Positions 37,149 through 45,549 of a DNA stretch of 64,000 bases are shown one piece after another. A model generated the notes under the pieces. The model searched no databases. It saw only the letters and a program-made list of their open reading frames with translations, and was not told the origin of the DNA. The stretch comes from Ktedonobacterales bacterium (GTDB lineage Bacteria; Chloroflexota; Ktedonobacteria; Ktedonobacterales; JADMIN01). A program made the position numbers and the translations under genes. Every line of letters begins with the position of its first letter. Position 1 is the stretch's first letter. The stretch is taken from the NCBI GenBank assembly GCA_036378295.1, contig DASUWS010000232.1, forward strand, positions 10,387-74,386, read 5' to 3'.

Positions 37149-37928
37149 ATGGCAGCGGAAGAACTGCACCAATTCGACCAGACCGCCGGAGATGAGGAGC
37201 CCGAAGGCGGTACGATGACGCTCATCGAGCACCTCGAAGAGTTGCGCGCCCGGATGATCAGGGCTGGGATCGCGGTGGCCGCTTGCGCTGTCGTTGGGTT
37301 TATCTTCTGGGATCGAATCATCGGTTTCCTCTTGCTGCCCCTCCCTGCCGCCGCTAACAAACTGCCAGGTGCGGCCCAAGGCCAACTGGTGGCCCACGAT
37401 ATCGGCGAGCCGTTTATGGTCGCGATCAAGGTAGGAATCGCCGTCGGCATTATGGTGGCCTCGCCGGTCATCCTCTACCAGACGTGGGCGTTTATCTCTC
37501 CCGCGCTGACCCGCCGCGAGCGCAAGTACGCCCTGCCCTTTACGCTGCTGGGCGTCGGCCTGTTCTTCGTTGGCATCACCGTCGGGTTTATCGTGCTGCG
37601 CTATCCAATTGACTGGCTGGTCAATTTCGGCAACGACCGGTTCATTCTGCTGACCGACGCGGATAGCTACTTCACGTTTGTGACGTACTTCCTGCTGGCG
37701 TTCGCGATTGTCTTCGAGTTGCCGCTCGTGCTGACATTCATGTCAGTAGTCGGCATCATCAACAGTACCATCCTGCGGCAGAAGCGGCTCTACATCCTTT
37801 TTGCGCTGTGGTTCCTCTCCTGCTTCATCACGCCTGGCGCTGATCCTTTCAGCCCCCTCATCATCGCCGCATCGTTTACCGTCCTGTTCGAGCTCTCCAT
37901 CATCCTGATGCGCGCCATCGGGCGGTAG
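37149..37928 (+). CDS. tatC: Twin-arginine translocase subunit TatC
   Basis: Present are MTLIEHLEELRARMI and six TM segments, with FISPALTRRERKY, FELPLVLTFM and ITPGADPFS. GGGGAGGAAACA precedes the ATG at 37149. Confidence 0.92.
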   Translation: MAAEELHQFDQTAGDEEPEGGTMTLIEHLEELRARMIRAGIAVAACAVVGFIFWDRIIGFLLLPLPAAANKLPGAAQGQLVAHDIGEPFMVAIKVGIAVGIMVASPVILYQTWAFISPALTRRERKYALPFTLLGVGLFFVGITVGFIVLRYPIDWLVNFGNDRFILLTDADSYFTFVTYFLLAFAIVFELPLVLTFMSVVGIINSTILRQKRLYILFALWFLSCFITPGADPFSPLIIAASFTVLFELSIILMRAIGR

Positions 37929-37971
37929 GCCAGGTCGCATTGCGCCGAGGCGTCGAGCGGAGCAGAGGAGA

Positions 37972-38742
37972 TCAGGCGAATACGCGGGCGAGCGCTTTGC
38001 GCAGGTCCGCTGAGAGTGGGTGACGCGCGCGGGGATGCTCGTAGAGCACAGGCGAGGATGGCGCCAGCACAGCGACGGCGCTGAGACGCTCCAGACGCCG
38101 CAGCAGGTCACGCGCATCGGCAAAGCCTCTTCGCCTGCAGGCGTCGTCGTCTCGCTGTTGAGCGAGCGCAGCCACCCCATTGAGCGCGGCGCGCAGGTGC
38201 TCCGCGGCGATCACATGCTCGCTCCCGTTCTTCAACACAAGGACGTTCATAGTTGACGCGGGCAGCTGGCGCAGCTTCTCCGAGAGAACGGCAGCCAGGC
38301 GCAGGTCGTCATGGGTCGTGGGTGGACGAAGATGACGCACCTCGACCGTGAACGATGTATGCGTCTTGAAGGTGACGCCGAAGTCGGGTCCGCGCTGGCG
38401 CTCCGCGAGATATGGCTCATAGACGAGCGTGAAAGCACGCTCAGTCAGGAGCCTGCGCGCCACGTCGAGTTCCGCCAGCAGATCAAAGTAGCCATCGTTC
38501 GCTGTGATACCCCGGAGCTTCTTGCCAATTTTGCCCTGGTATGTGTCGAGGAAGGCAGCAAAGCGCGGGCTTTCGATGGCCCAGGCGTGGCAGGGCGCCG
38601 CCAGCGGGGTCGTGCCGAAGAGCGTGGCGCTAAGCCGGGAGATTTCGCCGCGCTTCAGCCGGGGAGATGTTCGGTCTGGGGTTCCCGACGATGTTGTGGG
38701 GCGCATAGATGAGATGCTCCAAATGTCGTCGTCCGCTCGCAC
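37972..38742 (-). CDS. Hypothetical protein (possible PD-(D/E)xK-like core)
   Basis: I recognise no family. The segment ELDVARRL...VYEPYLAERQRGPDFGVTF...FTVEVRHL has an E / PD / E-x-R arrangement. The start is uncertain. Confidence 0.4.
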   Translation of the reverse strand: MRADDDIWSISSMRPTTSSGTPDRTSPRLKRGEISRLSATLFGTTPLAAPCHAWAIESPRFAAFLDTYQGKIGKKLRGITANDGYFDLLAELDVARRLLTERAFTLVYEPYLAERQRGPDFGVTFKTHTSFTVEVRHLRPPTTHDDLRLAAVLSEKLRQLPASTMNVLVLKNGSEHVIAAEHLRAALNGVAALAQQRDDDACRRRGFADARDLLRRLERLSAVAVLAPSSPVLYEHPRARHPLSADLRKALARVFA

Positions 38743-38938
38743 GGAGCTGATGCAAGGATACTACTACTCACTACCAACTATCACTACCAGTGCCAGCGCA
38801 TATTCATTGTAGAGCATATCGGCGCTGAGATGCGGGAAGAAATCTGCGGGAAATGCAGGAAAGACGGCACGCCGCAATCCCTGTTCGGAATCGCGGCGTG
38901 CGGAACGAAACCGGTAGCGCGGCTGCGCCATAGGGTGG

Positions 38939-39472
38939 CTAGCGATGGCCAGCCTTCGCGGCGCGCTTCTTCGGGTTGGGCTGTGGCTGGTATTGCGCTT
39001 TGATGCGCTCCTGCCGGTAGTATTCCAGATGGCCGGAATAGTGGCGGGTGAAGTAGAGGGCCCAGTAGATGGCGATGATCGCCAGCCAGACCAGCCAGCC
39101 ATAGCGCCAGATACGCCACGCGAAGAGCGAGGAGTCGAGCGCATAACGCGCGCCAATCAGAATCCAGCCGACGAGTGCGAGCGGCCAGAGCTGATTCATG
39201 AACTTGGTCATGAGATACTTGTGCAGCGTATGATGACCAAAGAAGCGTCTGCGTCCTTCGAGCGCGTAGTAGAGTGGAATGAGCAGGCCAAGTCCGCAGA
39301 AGATCATCCAGGGCAGATAAAAGTGAAAGGTCTCCGGATGACCAGAAGGCGTGCTAGCGCCCGCTGAAACCGGGTCCGTAAATAACCAGGCGACGATCTT
39401 ATCCATGGATCCTGCCATCCTCCAGTTGCCGTACTCAATCGTCGTGTGCCCGTTCGCTTCTGGCACGGACAC
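38939..39472 (-). CDS. Integral membrane protein, unknown function
   Basis: 177 aa, with about 4 Trp- and Tyr-rich hydrophobic helices and a basic C-terminal tail. Confidence 0.5.
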   Translation of the reverse strand: MSVPEANGHTTIEYGNWRMAGSMDKIVAWLFTDPVSAGASTPSGHPETFHFYLPWMIFCGLGLLIPLYYALEGRRRFFGHHTLHKYLMTKFMNQLWPLALVGWILIGARYALDSSLFAWRIWRYGWLVWLAIIAIYWALYFTRHYSGHLEYYRQERIKAQYQPQPNPKKRAAKAGHR

Positions 39473-39690
39473 TTATCCTGGTCATTCTATCAGACCCACG
39501 GCAGCCGGTCAAATGCGGGTATATTCGAGCAGAGTGGGGCAGAGTCGCGGCATATTGGGGAAGAACGATGGCGTAGCCCGTACTTCGTGTTATACTGGGC
39601 GGCGTGAGATGAGCCGGAGCAGGCTATAATGGGGCCACACGGGCACACCGGACGCAATAGCGCGAGTGGCCAGCAACGGAGGGAACAGGC

Positions 39691-40785
39691 ATGCGACGCA
39701 GGGGGCAACACATCATTGGCAAAGGCTGGTGTGGGCTATGGGCGCTGATGATGCTGCTGCTAATGGTGGGGAGTGCATTCACGGCACGGACAGCGCATGC
39801 TGATCCTGCCAATGGCAAGATGCAAGTGGTTGTGCCAAATCCGTCCGGTGGGACTGTGCAAGGGCCGGTACATGCGAATGTCTCGGTAACAGGAACTGCG
39901 ACAACCGCAGGGGCGACCTTCGCGCTGGGCTGGGCCAAGCAATCCGATGGATGCGCAACCGGGTTTACCCCCTTCGATGGCACGCAGCCAGTCACCGCGG
40001 ATAGCAGCGGCAACTTCACGGCCACGTTTGTCTGGCCAGACGCCGCGGATACGACAGGCGCGCTCTATCTGATCTGTGCGCGGGATACCGCGAATCCGGA
40101 CACAAATGTGATTACGGCTGACCAGACATTCCAGGTGGCCGGCGCGAGTGCCCCACAGATCACCCTCCAACGGGCGCCTCTGCCGACGACGACAGCCACG
40201 GCAACGCCTCCGAAAGGCTTCCACGCGAATGGACCGGTACAGGTGAACGGCAAGGGCTTTTTCCCCGTGGGCACGCAGATAGCCATCTATGTGACAGCCA
40301 GCACGACATTCTCCGCGCAAGATCTCCAATCGAACACCCCGCTCAAGACCGTAGATGGCTCGTCGATTGTCTCAGATGGCCAGGGACAGTTCACGGCAGT
40401 CGTCACCCTGCCAGGCACCACCGGTAAGTGGTTCGTCCATGCCGTCTCGACGGATAGCACAACCCAGGGGCAGACGGCATTTCCTCCATCGTTGGTCACG
40501 ACGCGGGCGATTCAAATCGACGATCCGCTGCCAACTCCCACGCCCATACTGACCCCCACAACCACACCTGCCGCCGGAACCGGGACAACGCCTGGCGATA
40601 AGACATCATCCGGCGACGGCATGCGGGTCGTGGCGATTGCGGGACTCGGCATCTTGAGCCTGATCCTCTTCATCGTCGGCGGCATTCTGGTCGCCTCGGT
40701 GGTGCTCGGCCCACGCACACCGCCCAAACTGGATAGCGGAACGCGGTCGCAGCCCGGAGCCATACGCTCCGGCCCACAGTGGTAG
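39691..40785 (+). CDS. Cell-surface protein with signal peptide, Ig-like/beta-rich ectodomain, T/P linker and C-terminal TM anchor
   Basis: The N-terminus WCGLWALMMLLLMVGSAFTARTAHA is a signal peptide. A PTPTPILTPTTTPAAGTGTTPG linker follows, then the TM helix VVAIAGLGILSLILFIVGGILVASVVL. Confidence 0.6.
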   Translation: MRRRGQHIIGKGWCGLWALMMLLLMVGSAFTARTAHADPANGKMQVVVPNPSGGTVQGPVHANVSVTGTATTAGATFALGWAKQSDGCATGFTPFDGTQPVTADSSGNFTATFVWPDAADTTGALYLICARDTANPDTNVITADQTFQVAGASAPQITLQRAPLPTTTATATPPKGFHANGPVQVNGKGFFPVGTQIAIYVTASTTFSAQDLQSNTPLKTVDGSSIVSDGQGQFTAVVTLPGTTGKWFVHAVSTDSTTQGQTAFPPSLVTTRAIQIDDPLPTPTPILTPTTTPAAGTGTTPGDKTSSGDGMRVVAIAGLGILSLILFIVGGILVASVVLGPRTPPKLDSGTRSQPGAIRSGPQW

Positions 40786-40863
40786 GAGAACGAAGCCACT
40801 CGTCATCGGGGAGGGCTCTGAACAAACAGGACTGGGCGCGGCGACACCAAAGCCATCGGCCAG

Positions 40864-42345
40864 TTAGAGCTCACCCTGCAGGGCGCGGAGCTTCTCGGCG
40901 GAGAGCACCTGGAACTTGAGCAGGAGCGACGCGAGATCTTCATCTTTGCCGGTGGCCGCCAACTCCTGTTTGATGCGCCCGAGCGACGCGATCTGTTGCG
41001 GGGTGACCAGACCACGGCTGACGAGTAGCGCGGCCAGCAATTGGTCAGGGCTGAGGAACTTGAAGAGCAAGGCTAGCTCGCCCAACTTGAACTGCATACC
41101 AACACCCGTAAGCATCTGCTGGATGCCGCGCAATGCCTCAAGCTTCTGTTCGGTGAGCATCGAGCCTTCCACCAGGACTGTGCTCAGCGCGCGCTCGGTC
41201 GGGGTTCCTGTATAACCGTCGGGGATTCCCGGATAACCGCCGCCATTACCCCTGGGCATGGCAGGGATGCGCTGTGTTAGCTCTTGCGGGCCCGCGTCTA
41301 TGCGCCTGAATTGGCTCGCCTGGCTCTGCTGCCGCTCGATCTGCTGGAACGTCGCCTCGGGAACAATGCTCGTCACCTGATCGTCTTCGTCCGGCGGAAT
41401 CCAGACATCGACGATCTGCTGGTCGTCATGGCCGTTCTGTGAGACAGGTGAAGCGCTATATGGTGAGGAAGACGGCTGATGACCGTACTGCCTGTTCTGG
41501 CCGTAAGACTCCTGCTGGATGTGATGTGCCTGCTCTAGCGCGCCGAATTGCTGCATCTCTGGCTGCCGGAACCCGATCGGCTCCGCCTGCGCGGGCCGGC
41601 CAAACGGATTGCTGGGCGCTGCTGTGCCGTTTCCCGCGAACGGGTTGACATCGTATGGCTGCGCAAATGGCGAATTGCTATCGCTCTGGCCGCCAGAAAA
41701 AGGATTCGCTGAGACGGGTTGCGCGAACGGCGAGCTATTCAGCGGCTGCGCGAAGGGCGACGGCTGGGCATGCTGTGGATGTGAGGAATAGGGTGGAACC
41801 GACGGCTGGCTGAACGGGGAAGACGATTGCTGGCCCAATGGCGCGGGCAGGCCGAGCGCCGCACCGAGCGGCGGAATCGAACCAGGGGTGCCGACTCCGG
41901 GCAGTGCACCACCCAGCGGTATACGCTGGCGCACGGCATCCAGCACTCTCTGAAACTCGTGGATGCCCCGGACCTCCACATCGGCCAGCGCCCGCGCGGC
42001 AGGGTCGAAATCAGGGTCGAGCGCATTCGCCGGACTGATGAAGCGGAAGGTCATTACCTGAAGCGAGCGCCCGCGCCGTTGCGCATCCAGCGCCACCCAG
42101 AACTCACGCCGCCCTGCCGTCGCATTGCCGAGGTCCACCAACACGAGCGCCACCAATTGCTTGCCCAGCATGCCAAATAGCTCAACGGGGGTACGTGCCG
42201 CACGCACATCGTAGCCAGTCATACGAAGTTGAGAGAGCAGAGGAACCGCAATCGTATCATCACGCTCGAACAGAACGACCAGCGGTGTCGTCGAAGTCCC
42301 CATGTCAGTGGCGAAGCCGGTTCCCGGCGCTGGAAGTATAGCCAT
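40864..42345 (-). CDS. Pseudo-receiver (REC-like) domain protein with Q/P/S-rich linker and C-terminal MshEN/T2SSE_N-like repeats
   Basis: The N-terminus PLVVLFERDDTIAVPLLSQLRMTGYDVRAA...ALVLVDLG has a receiver-like topology. About 200 aa of low complexity follow (SPFAQP repeats). The C-terminus reads LTEQKLEALRGIQQ...LGELALLFKFLSPDQLLAALLVSRGLVTPQQI...LLLKFQVLSAEKLRALQGEL. The start is uncertain (42345 or 42303). Confidence 0.5.
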   Translation of the reverse strand: MAILPAPGTGFATDMGTSTTPLVVLFERDDTIAVPLLSQLRMTGYDVRAARTPVELFGMLGKQLVALVLVDLGNATAGRREFWVALDAQRRGRSLQVMTFRFISPANALDPDFDPAARALADVEVRGIHEFQRVLDAVRQRIPLGGALPGVGTPGSIPPLGAALGLPAPLGQQSSSPFSQPSVPPYSSHPQHAQPSPFAQPLNSSPFAQPVSANPFSGGQSDSNSPFAQPYDVNPFAGNGTAAPSNPFGRPAQAEPIGFRQPEMQQFGALEQAHHIQQESYGQNRQYGHQPSSSPYSASPVSQNGHDDQQIVDVWIPPDEDDQVTSIVPEATFQQIERQQSQASQFRRIDAGPQELTQRIPAMPRGNGGGYPGIPDGYTGTPTERALSTVLVEGSMLTEQKLEALRGIQQMLTGVGMQFKLGELALLFKFLSPDQLLAALLVSRGLVTPQQIASLGRIKQELAATGKDEDLASLLLKFQVLSAEKLRALQGEL

Positions 42346-42452
42346 TGGCGGTCTGCATCCCTCCCTCAACGAATAGCAGAACTCTACGTGCCCGAGGTCC
42401 TTTCAGGCGGCGTTGCCCGTGGCATCCAGTATAGCACACTCGTTGTAGCTGT

Positions 42453-43757
42453 CTATGCCCATTCGGTACTGCCCACGAACAGATGGCCGCCCAGGTACGT
42501 CGCCGCGACGAGGTTGACACCGAAGTGATAGGCCAGCTCACGCTCATCCGCTCCGCGCATCACGATCACATCACAGCGTTTACCAGGCTCCAGGCTACCT
42601 ATCTCATCCTCCATCGCCAGCGCCGCCGCGCCGCCGCGCGTGGCCGCGGTAAGTGCTTCATCCAGTGTCATGCCCATCGCGCTCACCGCCAGCGCAATCA
42701 TCATCTGCATGTTCTCAGAGTAGCTCGTGCCTGGATTGAAGTCGGTCGCTAGCGCCACGCGCACCCCATGCTCACGCAGCCGTCGCGCGGATGGATAGGC
42801 GACGCTGAGCGAGAAGGAGCAGCCGGGCAGCAGCGTGCCGACGACGCCTGCCCCGTTCAGCAGATCAAGCTCCTCGTCGGACGCGAAGTCGAGATGATCG
42901 GCGGAGACGGCGCGCAATTCGGCGGCGAGACGCGCGCCCCCCGTGGGACCAAGCTGGTTGGCGTGCAGTTTGAGGGCATAGCCGAGGGCGCGGGCCTGTT
43001 CAAGAATACGCCGCGCCTCTTCGACGGTGAATGCGGTACGCTCGCAGAAGACATCGCAGAAACGCGCATCGGCGGCGAACGCTGGCAGCATCCGCTCACA
43101 CACGAGGTCTACATACGCGGTGCGGTCGCGGGGATGGTCGCGAAACTCTGGGGGCAGGGTATGCGCGCCGAGAAACGTCGGCACGACCGTCGGAAGATTC
43201 GGCGCCGTGGCCAGCTCGCGCATGACCGCCAGGCAGCGCGCTTCACTCTCAGGGGCCAGCCCATAGCCGGTCTTGCCCTCGACGGTGGTTGTGCCGTGCG
43301 CGGCGAACGATTCCAGACGGCTGCGGCCAAGGGAGAGCAACGCCTCTTCGGGCGCGGCGCGGGTCGCGCGCACCGTGCTAAGGATGCCACGGCCCTGCCG
43401 CGCCAACTCTTCATACGAGACTCCCATATGGCGCAGTTGAAACTCTTCGGCACGGTCGCCAGCAAAGACGAAATGGGTATGCGAATCGACGAAACCAGGG
43501 AGAACAGCACACCCGCCGGCATCGTGACGTTGCTCTGGGGAAAGCGCCTCGATGGCAACCGCCCGCGCCAGATCGGCCTCCGGCCCCACCCAGACAATGC
43601 GTCCCTCCTGAGCGGCAAGCGCCCCCTTGGGGATGACGCCGAGCGGGCCGCTCCCATAGCGCTCAGGGGCAACCGTCACCAGACGCGAGATGCCAGTGAG
43701 CACGAAATCGGCAGCAAGGCGAGAGTCCGTCGCTGTATTGTTGGCGTCGAAATGCAT
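42453..43757 (-). CDS. hutI: Imidazolonepropionase
   Basis: Present are GFVDSHTHFVFAGDRAEEF...GILSTVRATR, KLHANQL, ADHLDF and ATDFNPGTS. The start was taken at MHFDANN (43757). Confidence 0.85.
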   Translation of the reverse strand: MHFDANNTATDSRLAADFVLTGISRLVTVAPERYGSGPLGVIPKGALAAQEGRIVWVGPEADLARAVAIEALSPEQRHDAGGCAVLPGFVDSHTHFVFAGDRAEEFQLRHMGVSYEELARQGRGILSTVRATRAAPEEALLSLGRSRLESFAAHGTTTVEGKTGYGLAPESEARCLAVMRELATAPNLPTVVPTFLGAHTLPPEFRDHPRDRTAYVDLVCERMLPAFAADARFCDVFCERTAFTVEEARRILEQARALGYALKLHANQLGPTGGARLAAELRAVSADHLDFASDEELDLLNGAGVVGTLLPGCSFSLSVAYPSARRLREHGVRVALATDFNPGTSYSENMQMMIALAVSAMGMTLDEALTAATRGGAAALAMEDEIGSLEPGKRCDVIVMRGADERELAYHFGVNLVAATYLGGHLFVGSTEWA

Positions 43758-43901
43758 GGCATGTTCCTGAACTGGCTGGCGGCTGAAAACCGCGCCTAAG
43801 CGCCTCACGTGCTCCGCTGTGTTCGGCGAGAAAGCCCGCCTTCCCACGAGCGGGATGTCTAGCTCCCCTTTCCCATAGAGAGAGGAAAGGGTGCGGTGAG
43901 C

Positions 43902-44678
43902 CTATCTCCCCACCCAGGCGGGCTGGCGCTTTTCGAGGAAGGCACACATCCCTTCCTGCGCATCCATAGCCATCGCGTTCATGCTCATGACCTCTTTGGC
44001 ATAGGCGTAGGCTTTGGGCTGGTCGAGATCGATCTGGGTGTAGAAGGCCTGTTTGCCCAGGGCGACGGTTAGCGGACTGGCCGACGCAATCGAGAGGGCA
44101 AGCTCACGCGTCGCGCTCTCCAACTGGTCCACCGGTACAACGGTGTTGACCAGTCCCCAGTCGGCGGCGGTCTCCGCGGAGATGAGCTTGCCTGTCATGA
44201 GCATCTGGAGTGCGCGCTTGCGCCCGATGGCACGGCTGAGGGCCACCATCGGTGTCGTGCAGAAGAGACCAATCTTGACGCCAGGCGTACCAAAGGTCGC
44301 CTCTTCGGCGGCGACGGCGAGATCGCAGGTAGCCACAAGCTGGCATCCAGCAGCCGTAGCGATGCGCTGGACGCGGGCAATCACCGGCTGTGGGATGGTC
44401 TGTACGGCGTCCATCAGCTCGGTGCAAAGATCGAAGACGGCGCGATAGCGATTGATGTCGCCATCCACCAGCTCGCGCAGGTCATGTCCGGCGGAAAACG
44501 CGGGACCGTTGGCCGCCAGCACCACCACGCGCACATCCGGTTCACTGCTGAGTGTGCGCAGAGCATCGGTCAGCTCGCGCATCATGTCGCTGGAGAGGGC
44601 ATTGCGGCGCTCAGGGCGGTTCATGGTGATGGTAGCGACGGGTGCGTCGCGCTCGATCAGAATGGAGTCGTACGCCAT
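43902..44678 (-). CDS. Enoyl-CoA hydratase/isomerase (crotonase) family protein
   Basis: Present are ATITMNRPERRNAL, FSAGHDLRE, ATAAGCQL and FGTPGVKIGLF. Confidence 0.9.
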   Translation of the reverse strand: MAYDSILIERDAPVATITMNRPERRNALSSDMMRELTDALRTLSSEPDVRVVVLAANGPAFSAGHDLRELVDGDINRYRAVFDLCTELMDAVQTIPQPVIARVQRIATAAGCQLVATCDLAVAAEEATFGTPGVKIGLFCTTPMVALSRAIGRKRALQMLMTGKLISAETAADWGLVNTVVPVDQLESATRELALSIASASPLTVALGKQAFYTQIDLDQPKAYAYAKEVMSMNAMAMDAQEGMCAFLEKRQPAWVGR

Positions 44679-44730
44679 TGTAAGTTCTCCTTGTGAAATG
44701 CTCTAACGTGGTGTGACTCGCGATGGACGA

Positions 44731-45255
44731 CTAAAGCGTGGCCAGCTTCTTCTTTAGCGCGGCGGCGACATTGTCGGTGACGATGCCATCGAGATCGCCA
44801 TGAAGGCGGGCCACCTCTTTGAGGAGTGTGGCGCTGACAAACAAGTAACGCAGGTCGGTGATGATCATGACCGTCTCGATCTCTGGCGCGAGCTTGCGAT
44901 TCATGAGCGCCTGTTGGAACTCCAGCTCGAAATCAGTGACGGCACGTAACCCCCGAACGATGGACTGAGCGCCGACGGAGCGGGCGAAATCGATGACCAG
45001 CCCCTCGAACAGCTCGACCCGCACGTTGGTCAGCTTTTCCTCGGTGACGGTCTCGTGCCAGAGCTGAACGCGCTCCTCAGCGGAGAACAAGAGCTTCTTG
45101 CTGGGTGTGGCGTAGACAGCGATGATGAGCTCATCCGCGAGGTTCGCCGCCCTCTTCGCGATATCGAGATGTCCCCGATGTACCGGATCGAAGCTGCCCG
45201 GGTAAACTGCTACCAGGCGGTGATGCTCTCGCGTCGTGGTTGGATCATGCGCCAT
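44731..45255 (-). CDS. coaD: Pantetheine-phosphate adenylyltransferase
   Basis: Present are VAVYPGSFDPVHRGHLDI, IVRGLRAVTDFELEFQ and ISATLLKEV. The start is uncertain; the ORF extends to 45336. Confidence 0.9.
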   Translation of the reverse strand: MAHDPTTTREHHRLVAVYPGSFDPVHRGHLDIAKRAANLADELIIAVYATPSKKLLFSAEERVQLWHETVTEEKLTNVRVELFEGLVIDFARSVGAQSIVRGLRAVTDFELEFQQALMNRKLAPEIETVMIITDLRYLFVSATLLKEVARLHGDLDGIVTDNVAAALKKKLATL

Positions 45256-45549
45256 GCCCCGACTCGCGTCGTCTCGTCGCATCGCTCTCTCACTTTCCGT
45301 GCGGGCCATCTGCTCGTGCGGGCCTTCAAGGTGCATCTCGACGCTTTCTGGATGCGTGCAAGACGCCCTCGCACACCATCATGCTCGTACCGCAATTCTA
45401 GCACTTTATCCGATACGCGGCGCTCAGTTCACATCCATCGACTCCGACTCAGTCAGGATGGAGCGCGCCAGAAAAAAGCACCCCTCCTCCAGTTGCCCGG
45501 AGAAGGGATGCTCTTGATGCTCACTTGATGCCATGGAGCCAGCGGTGAG

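Noticed and set aside
43866-43900. GAGGAAAGGGUGCGGUGAGC resembles the RNase P RNA motif GAAAGGGUGCGGUAAGAGC.
   Set aside because: Only about 140 nt of non-coding space is available, flanked by and partly overlapping coding sequence. The other universal RNase P motifs (GAGGAAAGUCCGGGC, ACAGAACCCGGCUUA) are absent. It is better explained as a variant of the hairpin family.
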